A model generated the notes under the pieces. That model saw nothing but the letters and a program-made list of their open reading frames with translations. It was not told the DNA's origin and did not search any database. A stretch of DNA of 64,000 nt, from positions 144,550 through 208,549 of the forward strand of contig CAZEOQ010000001.1 in NCBI GenBank assembly GCA_964513995.1, in the 5' to 3' direction. Shown piece after piece: positions 57,859 through 64,000 of this stretch. Position numbers and translations under genes: made by a program. The stretch is from an uncultured Desulfobacterales bacterium (GTDB lineage: Bacteria; Desulfobacterota; DSM-4660; Desulfatiglandales; JALVZP01). Each line of letters starts with the position of its first letter. Within the stretch, counting starts at the first letter, position 1.

Positions 57859-58839
57859 CATATACACAAGCCAATACATTTTCTGACAAGGGCATCCACC
57901 TTTTATTATCAGGATTTTTACATTTCTTTCTGTCTTTATATCAACAATATCCAGCTTTTGGATATCACTTTTCCATAATATTTCCATCATGTGAATTAAA
58001 TGAATAACTGATACAAGAGTTCCTTTCCAAGGAATTGCTAAGCTTATAGCAAGTAGCAAAAAAAATTTTATTTTGTTGTTACACTTTAAAAAGTCAAGAG
58101 AAAAAACAGATAGTAAAATCATTATTAATATTATTATTAATATCATCAAAATTACCGAGAAAAACAAAAAGTAAGTTAAATTTTCTATAAAAGAAGAAGT
58201 AACGGGAAATTCAAAAAAGCTATGATCGGGATCAGATTCAGTTTTTATAAAAATCCCTGCAACTTCTTCAAAAAATAAACGGCACTTATATACGGAATAT
58301 AAAAAGATTTTCCATATAAAATACAAGCAAGAAGCTACTAGAAAGCATATTAGTAACGCTACTAAAACATCCTTCGGAAAACAATGCTTAGTATTATCCA
58401 AAATAGTTTTTTTAAATACAAACGATCCAATAACTACAGTATTGACCAACATTGCCAAGATACTAATCCAGTAAAGAGCCAGGTATTGATCTGGTAAGAA
58501 GTAATCTAACTTAAACTTTCCTTTTTTATTTTTACAATTACACTCTACAAACAACTTGATTGGATGTAACTTGAGGGGGCAATCTGACTTCTCTATTTTT
58601 GCTATTTTGAATTCAAAACACCGATATGTGAAAGCTTGAGAAATTAAATACTCTGCAATAATCCAAAATACTGCATTTCCTAAAAAGGCAACAGGAATAT
58701 AAGTCCAGCCAGGGAAGCATGTTATTTCTAACTTATAGTATGCAGTTCCAAGAGCAGCCAGAACGACAAGAAGATACCATTTAATTTTTAAAAGATGAGC
58801 ATTTAGTTCTATCAAATTTTTTACAGAATAATCATTCAT
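57850..58839 (-). CDS. hypothetical polytopic membrane protein (about six TM helices), no recognisable family
   Basis: 329 aa and very AT-rich. Hydrophobic segments include WYLLVVLAALGTAYY, YIPVAFLGNAVFWIIAEYLI, YLALYWISILAMLVNTVVIGSFVF, VLVALLICFLVASCLYFIWKIFLY, LTYFLFFSVILMILIIILIMILLSVFSL and FFLLLAISLAIPW. The ATG is 5 nt after the purB stop, with AGGT upstream. Confidence 0.6.
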   Translation of the reverse strand: MNDYSVKNLIELNAHLLKIKWYLLVVLAALGTAYYKLEITCFPGWTYIPVAFLGNAVFWIIAEYLISQAFTYRCFEFKIAKIEKSDCPLKLHPIKLFVECNCKNKKGKFKLDYFLPDQYLALYWISILAMLVNTVVIGSFVFKKTILDNTKHCFPKDVLVALLICFLVASCLYFIWKIFLYSVYKCRLFFEEVAGIFIKTESDPDHSFFEFPVTSSFIENLTYFLFFSVILMILIIILIMILLSVFSLDFLKCNNKIKFFLLLAISLAIPWKGTLVSVIHLIHMMEILWKSDIQKLDIVDIKTERNVKILIIKGGCPCQKMYWLVYMLM

Positions 58840-58844
58840 TACCT

Positions 58845-60137
58845 CTATCCAAAAACTCTTTCAAATATGTGATCAACATACTTCAGGTGATAGTCTAAGT
58901 TGAATATCTCTTCTATCTCCTGTTTGCTCAAATATTTCTTTATCTCTTCATCTTCTAAGATGATCTCTTTAAAATCCCTTCCTTCCTTCCATACCCTCAT
59001 AGCATTTCTCTGAACCATGTCATAAGACTTCTGTCTTCCAAGACCTTTTTTCATAAGAGAAAGCATAAGCTGTTCTGAAAATATAAGACCTTTTGTAAGA
59101 TAAAGATTCTTTTTCATGTTTTCCTCATGGACGACAAGTCCATCAATTATCTCCTTGAGTCTGTTTAGCATAAAGTCTATAAGGATTGTGCTGTCTGGTC
59201 CAATTACCCTTTCTACTGAAGAATGACTTATGTCTCTTTCATGCCAGAGAGGGATGTTTTCAAGTGCTGCAATTGCATTAGCTCTTACTATGCGAGAAAG
59301 TCCTGTAAGGTTTTCAGAAAGAACAGGATTCTTTTTGTGTGGCATGGCAGATGAACCTTTTTGTCCTTTTCCAAATGGCTCTTCAAGCTCAAGGACTTCT
59401 GTCCTTTGGAGATGCCTTATTTCAAGAGCAATCTTTTCTACTGTTCCTGCAATTATTGCAAGTGTAAGGAAATACTGTGCATGTCTGTCTCTTTGGATTA
59501 TCTGTGTAGATATCTCTGGTCTTTTAAGTCCAAGTTTCTTCATTACCCTTTCTTCAACCTCTGGTGGAACATTTGCATATGTTCCAACTGCACCAGATAT
59601 CTTTCCATAACTTACTGTGTCTATTGCCTGCTTCATCCTCTCTCTGTTTCTTTTCATATCACTGAACCAAAGGGCACATTTCAGTCCAAATGTAATTGGT
59701 TCTGCATGAACTCCATGTGATCTTCCTATCATGGGTGTATACTTGTATCTGAAAGCCTTCTCTTTTATGGAAGACATAAGCTCTTCTATGTCTTCTAATA
59801 TGATCTCTCCTGCTTCTTTTAGAAGAAGTGCAAAGCTTGTATCAAGTATATCAGAAGAGGTGAGTCCCATATGAAAAAACCTGGAATCATCTCCAATGTA
59901 TTCTGATACATTATTTATAAATGCCACGACATCATGTCTCGTTTCTTTTTCAAGCTCAATTATCCTTTCTACAGAAAAGCTTGCTTTCTGCTTTATTCTT
60001 TCTGCTGCATCTTTGGGAATAAGCCCTTCTTCTGCCATTGCCTCACATACAGCAAGCTCTACCTGAAGCCATTTTCTGAAACGGTTTTCATCTGTCCAAA
60101 GTCTTCCCATCCTTTCTCTTGTATATCTCTGTATCAT
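58845..60137 (-). CDS. purB: adenylosuccinate lyase
   Basis: MIQRYTRERMGRLWTDENRFRKWLQVE N-terminus and the fumarate-lyase signature GSSAMPHKKNP. Confidence 0.95.
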   Translation of the reverse strand: MIQRYTRERMGRLWTDENRFRKWLQVELAVCEAMAEEGLIPKDAAERIKQKASFSVERIIELEKETRHDVVAFINNVSEYIGDDSRFFHMGLTSSDILDTSFALLLKEAGEIILEDIEELMSSIKEKAFRYKYTPMIGRSHGVHAEPITFGLKCALWFSDMKRNRERMKQAIDTVSYGKISGAVGTYANVPPEVEERVMKKLGLKRPEISTQIIQRDRHAQYFLTLAIIAGTVEKIALEIRHLQRTEVLELEEPFGKGQKGSSAMPHKKNPVLSENLTGLSRIVRANAIAALENIPLWHERDISHSSVERVIGPDSTILIDFMLNRLKEIIDGLVVHEENMKKNLYLTKGLIFSEQLMLSLMKKGLGRQKSYDMVQRNAMRVWKEGRDFKEIILEDEEIKKYLSKQEIEEIFNLDYHLKYVDHIFERVFG

Positions 60138-60804
60138 TTTCTCCCTCCATTTGCTTTAAGACCCTCTCTCTTATCCTTTTCATCTGTTCAAAGTCCTCTT
60201 TATAAAGAAGATCCTCCCTTTTTCCTTCAAGGACTTTTATGAGCTTTGCAGAAAGCCTTCCAACATTTATTGCATCCATTACTGCTCTGTCATCATAAAT
60301 TGCATCCTTTCCTCTGTGAGAATATGCATGAGCCCATGGAGGAATTATTGCACCCATTGCATTTAGAACAGTAATGAGATATGCACCACAAAGTGTAACT
60401 CCTGCATCTGATCCAACAGTTATAACTCCAACAACCTTTCCTTCTACATAACTTTGCTCTCCAAATACGACCATATTTTCAAGTGCTGTCATCCTGTCTA
60501 TAAGGATCTTCAGTGGTCCTGATGGACCATACCAGTATACTGGTGTTGCTATGATGTAGCCGTCAAATTCTTTCAGCTTCTTGAGTATTTCCTTTCCATA
60601 GTCATCAAAGATACAAGGATACTTGCAGTCCCTTTCATCCCCATTCTTTATACAACCAATACATGGCTCTATCCTGTGATCATAAAGATAGACTATCTCT
60701 GTCTTTATCCCTTCTTCTTCTGCTGCAAGAAGTGCACACTTCAGAAGAGCAATTGATCCTCCAGATTTTCTTGGAGATGCAGCTATTCCTAAGATCCTAT
60801 GCAT
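60088..60804 (-). CDS. flavodoxin-fold NAD(P)H-dependent FMN reductase with a Cys cluster (iron-sulfur flavoprotein-like)
   Basis: ILGIAASPRKSGGS, ATPVYWYGPSG, and the Cys motif CIGCIKNGDERDCKYPC. The 3' end overlaps the purB start by 50 nt. Confidence 0.65.
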   Translation of the reverse strand: MHRILGIAASPRKSGGSIALLKCALLAAEEEGIKTEIVYLYDHRIEPCIGCIKNGDERDCKYPCIFDDYGKEILKKLKEFDGYIIATPVYWYGPSGPLKILIDRMTALENMVVFGEQSYVEGKVVGVITVGSDAGVTLCGAYLITVLNAMGAIIPPWAHAYSHRGKDAIYDDRAVMDAINVGRLSAKLIKVLEGKREDLLYKEDFEQMKRIRERVLKQMEGENDTEIYKRKDGKTLDR

Positions 60805-61708
60805 AGCGACTTATTACCTCCGAGATCCAGAATTTTGGAAGTGCAAAAGCACTTCTGTGTATTTCGTGTGTATAGTATTTTGTTTCTGGAATAGAACTTC
60901 TTTTTGGCTCTTTTGGGTCATCTTTTGAAAATCTCAAAACAAATGCATTATCTCCACCAAATGAAGGAACAGAAGCCTTGTAACAGAAGATCTCATCTTT
61001 TGGATATACCTTTGTAAACGATCTGAACGCTTCTTCAAGCACATTTTTCATGATAAAAGGAACTGCTGCCTGCTGGACAATTGCACCATCTGGAGCAAGC
61101 TGAAGAAGCATACTGTGGAATTTTTCACTAAAAAGGGAATGTGAAAGCTCAAGAGTAAATCCTGATCTTGAAATATCAGGATCAGTGGAATCTACTATAA
61201 TTAGGTCAAACCTCTGTCTTTTTTCAACAAGCTCTTCTACAAGCTTGAATGCATCTGTAATGAAAAGTTTTAGTCTTGAGTCATCAGGATTTTCTGGAAG
61301 AAGCTGGCTGAAGAATTTTTTTACTATCTTTGGAACCCTTTCATCAATCTCAGCTATAATCACCTCTTCTACCTCGTCATACTTTAGAACCTCTCTTGCT
61401 GCACCAAAGTCTCCTCCACCACAGATAAGAACCCTTCTTACAGTTCCTTCCCGAAATGCCTGCATAGGAATATGAACAAGTGCTTCGTGATATATGAATT
61501 CGTCTCTTGTAGTAAACTGAAGGTTTCCGTTTATAAAAAGCATCCTTCCCCAGAATGGATTTTCAAATACCATAAGAGCCTGTTCTCCTCCTTCTTCATG
61601 AAGGACAATTCCCTCATATCCATAAAAGTATCCCTGCTGAACAGGCTCTCCTAAGATGATCTTTGCTCCTGGTCCTTCTGTAAGAAGGGATTCTTTCATG
61701 ATAGCCAT
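60797..61708 (-). CDS. speE: spermidine synthase-like polyamine aminopropyltransferase
   Basis: FINGNLQFTTRDEFIYHEALVH, VLICGGGDFGAAREVLKY, and IIVDSTDP. Confidence 0.8.
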   Translation of the reverse strand: MAIMKESLLTEGPGAKIILGEPVQQGYFYGYEGIVLHEEGGEQALMVFENPFWGRMLFINGNLQFTTRDEFIYHEALVHIPMQAFREGTVRRVLICGGGDFGAAREVLKYDEVEEVIIAEIDERVPKIVKKFFSQLLPENPDDSRLKLFITDAFKLVEELVEKRQRFDLIIVDSTDPDISRSGFTLELSHSLFSEKFHSMLLQLAPDGAIVQQAAVPFIMKNVLEEAFRSFTKVYPKDEIFCYKASVPSFGGDNAFVLRFSKDDPKEPKRSSIPETKYYTHEIHRSAFALPKFWISEVISRYA

Positions 61709-61871
61709 GGTCTTTCCCTTCTTTCATAGATTTGATTGCTAATAATAATCCTTAACTCATTTTATGTCTACTTTTTTCTGCTTCATACTTCCTTGGGAAA
61801 TAAATGAAGAACATGACAGTTGCTCTTTTTTCCTTCATAAGCTATATGATATACAAGTCGTTTTTTGAAAA

Positions 61872-62708
61872 ATGAAGCCAATAAAAAGACCGAGGACAAA
61901 TATTGTTGAAGTAAAGCTAAGGCATAGAGCAAGAATATTCAGTGCAGAATCAAAAAGTCCTTCTTTAAAAAAAGGAGAATTTGTTGTCTTAAGCAATGAA
62001 GAGGGGAATCTTTTTATTGGTGAAGTAGTAAACAAGCCTTTAAGATTCAGGGATAAGGTAAAGGCAAGATTAAAGGTAATCAGAAGGGCAAACAGGGAAG
62101 ATCTTATTCAGATGAGAAAGGACATAGAACTTGAGAAAAAGATTCGTGAATTTTTTTTAGAAAGGGTTGCTTTTAGAAATCTTCCAATGGAACTTGTAGA
62201 TGTAGAAAAGCCTTTTGGTGAAAGAAAAGCCATAATATATTTTACAGCAGATGGAAGAGTGGACTTTAGAGAGCTTTTAAAAGACCTCCTTGGAAAATTT
62301 CACATGAGGATAGAACTGAGACAGATAACTACAAGACAAGAGGCAAGTATGCTTGGTGGACTTGGTCCTTGTGGAAGACCTATATGCTGTGCAACATTCC
62401 TTGAGGAATTTACTCCAGTTACTATAAAGATGGCAAAGATTCAGGACATTCCAATTAATCCTGAAAAGATATCAGGACTTTGTGGAAGGCTTATGTGTTG
62501 TCTTGCTTATGAGCATGATTTTTACGAAAGCTTTAAGGAGGATCTTCCAGAAGTTGGAGAAAAAGTAAAGACGATATATGGTGAAGGAAAGATCGTAAGA
62601 TATAATCTTTTAAGGGATACAATTACTGTTATGTTAGATTCAGGAACAAGTATGGAGCTGAAGATAGAAGATATCTTGGAAAAAGGGGAGAAGAAAAATG
62701 AAGGGTAA
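61872..62708 (+). CDS. PSP1 domain protein (YaaT/RicT-like)
   Basis: A PSP1 C-terminal domain with the Cys pattern GPCGRPICCATFL...GLCGRLMCCLAYE. Confidence 0.8.
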   Translation: MKPIKRPRTNIVEVKLRHRARIFSAESKSPSLKKGEFVVLSNEEGNLFIGEVVNKPLRFRDKVKARLKVIRRANREDLIQMRKDIELEKKIREFFLERVAFRNLPMELVDVEKPFGERKAIIYFTADGRVDFRELLKDLLGKFHMRIELRQITTRQEASMLGGLGPCGRPICCATFLEEFTPVTIKMAKIQDIPINPEKISGLCGRLMCCLAYEHDFYESFKEDLPEVGEKVKTIYGEGKIVRYNLLRDTITVMLDSGTSMELKIEDILEKGEKKNEG

Positions 62709-64000
62709 GTTTATCTATATCACTACACCGATATACTATGTAAATGCAGAACCACATTTAGGTCATGCATATTCTACTGTTGTTGCAGATGTCTATAAAA
62801 GGTTTTACATGCTTGAAGGATATGAGACATTTTTCCTTACAGGGACAGATGAGCATGGAGAAAAGATTGCAAAGGCAGCAAAGCAGGAGGGAGTAGAACC
62901 AAAGGAATATGTGGACAGGATAAGCAGTCTTTTTAGAGAACTTTGGCCAAAACTTTCCATCTCATATGATCACTTTATAAGGACAACGGATCCTGATCAT
63001 ATAAAGACAGTAAAGCTTATCCTGACAAAACTTTATGAGAAAGGTGATATATACTTTAGTGAATACGAAGGGCTTTATTGTGTTGAATGTGAAAGGTTTT
63101 ATACGAAGAAAGAGCTTGTAGATGGAAAGTGTCCTGATCACAAAAAAGAACCAGAGCTTATAAAAGAAGCAAATTATTTTTTCAGAATGAGCAATTATCA
63201 AGACTGGCTTATAGACTACATAAAAAAGAATCCAGACTTTATAAGACCTGAAAGATACAGAAATGAAGTCCTTTCTTTCCTGAAAGAACCACTTGAAGAT
63301 CTCTGCATCTCAAGACCAAGAAAAAGACTTAGCTGGGGAATTCCTCTTCCTTTTGACGAAAACTATGTTACATATGTCTGGTTTGACGCACTTATAAATT
63401 ACCTTTCAGGAATAGGATATCCTGATGATGAAAGATTTCATAAATTTTGGCCAAATGCACAGCACATAATTGCAAAAGACATCCTTAAACCACATGCAAT
63501 CTACTGGCCGTGTATGCTTAAGGCAGCAGGAATAGAGCCATACAGACACCTGAATGTTCACGGATATTGGAATGTTGGTCAAGGAAAGATGTCAAAAAGC
63601 TTAGGAAATATAGTAAGACCACTTGATATAGTAAAAAAATACGGATTGGATCAGTTCAGATATTTCCTTATGAGAGAAATGGTATTTGGACTTGACAGTG
63701 AATTCAGTGAAGAGGCTCTTGTAAGAAGGATAAATTTTGACCTTGCAAACGATCTCGGAAATCTGTTCAGCAGATCACTTACAATGGCTGTAAAATACCT
63801 GGATGGAAAACCTCCTTCTGATATAAATCCAACAGAGGAGGAAGAAAACATAAAGAAGAAGACTCTTTCATGCATAGAAGAATATGAAAGCTTTATGAAA
63901 GGACTTCAGTTTCACAGAGCCTTAATGTCTGTGTGGGAAATAGTAAGCATGTTGAATAAGTATATAGACAGAATGGCACCATGGGATCTTGCAAAAAAAG
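62698..64000 (+). CDS. metG: methionine--tRNA ligase (C-terminus beyond window edge)
   Basis: Not in the ORF track because there is no stop in the window. ATG at 62698 after ggggag. MKGKFIYITTPIYYVNAEPHLGHAYSTVVADVYKRF (HIGH-type HLGH), the zinc knuckle CVECERFY...CPDH, and KMSKS at about 63588. Confidence 0.95.
   Translation, partial: MKGKFIYITTPIYYVNAEPHLGHAYSTVVADVYKRFYMLEGYETFFLTGTDEHGEKIAKAAKQEGVEPKEYVDRISSLFRELWPKLSISYDHFIRTTDPDHIKTVKLILTKLYEKGDIYFSEYEGLYCVECERFYTKKELVDGKCPDHKKEPELIKEANYFFRMSNYQDWLIDYIKKNPDFIRPERYRNEVLSFLKEPLEDLCISRPRKRLSWGIPLPFDENYVTYVWFDALINYLSGIGYPDDERFHKFWPNAQHIIAKDILKPHAIYWPCMLKAAGIEPYRHLNVHGYWNVGQGKMSKSLGNIVRPLDIVKKYGLDQFRYFLMREMVFGLDSEFSEEALVRRINFDLANDLGNLFSRSLTMAVKYLDGKPPSDINPTEEEENIKKKTLSCIEEYESFMKGLQFHRALMSVWEIVSMLNKYIDRMAPWDLAKK

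Larger units (their letters stand above)
55848..58844. other. compositionally atypical (more AT-rich, different codon choice) three-gene island: R-M pair + orphan membrane protein
   Basis: Long A/T runs (e.g. 58080-58150). TTA/AAA/ATT-biased codons, with CGN Arg codons (cgg at 56180 and 56579, cga at 56974) where flanking genes mostly use AGA/AGG. Bounded by the bioF-like stop (55847) and the purB stop (58845). Confidence 0.6.

Noticed and set aside
61709-61871. The longest intergenic region (163 bp, between speE and the PSP1 gene), examined for an sRNA or riboswitch. It contains three TTCATA motifs and a weak CTTCAT...ATGAAG inverted repeat.
   Set aside because: It is very AT-rich and has no stable GC-supported structure or terminator. 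It is adequately explained as two divergent promoter/5' UTR regions, and the repeats are too short to be significant in AT-rich DNA.
1-64000. A scan of the whole window for CRISPR arrays, IS elements or transposases, integrases, rRNA, toxin-antitoxin pairs, in-frame TGA (selenocysteine) splits, and frameshifted pseudogenes.
   Set aside because: I saw no spaced direct repeats, no transposase- or integrase-like ORFs, and no adjacent same-strand ORF pairs that would fuse across a stop codon. Every family-assignable gene appears full length.

Overview
This is a densely packed chromosomal segment, roughly 95% coding by eye, with many 1-4 nt start/stop overlaps. The host is an AT-rich bacterium whose proteins are Lys/Glu/Ile-rich and use mostly AGA/AGG for Arg. 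That fits a thermophilic diderm (PagL-like, SurA-like, lipoproteins, Aquifex-type Sat-CysC fusion), but the taxonomic placement is inference only. I call 59 CDS (two truncated by the window edges), one tRNA-Val, one clear intrinsic terminator and a set of sigma70-like promoters. Most genes are housekeeping: topA, tatD, maf, nadE, etfBA, sat/cysC, secA, argJ, manCB, hisHF, clpB, panBE, tsaC, tyrS, purB, speE and metG. There is also a cbpA-cbpM-clpB-htrA heat-shock operon and an RpoH-type sigma factor. Five things are most worth a second look. (i) An AT-rich, codon-atypical island at 55.85-58.84 kb carries a type II R-M pair plus an orphan six-TM protein of no recognisable family. (ii) An apparently leaderless ACP - nitroreductase - alpha-oxoamine synthase module sits at 53.8-55.8 kb. 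(iii) There is an orphan GAF-GspE ATPase, a solitary dynamin-like GTPase and a Zn-ribbon J-domain protein. (iv) A recurrent promoter geometry (-10 box 6-9 nt from the ATG, no SD) implies widespread leaderless mRNAs. (v) Convergent gene overlaps are extensive and terminators are almost absent. I saw no CRISPR array, IS element, integrase or rRNA.
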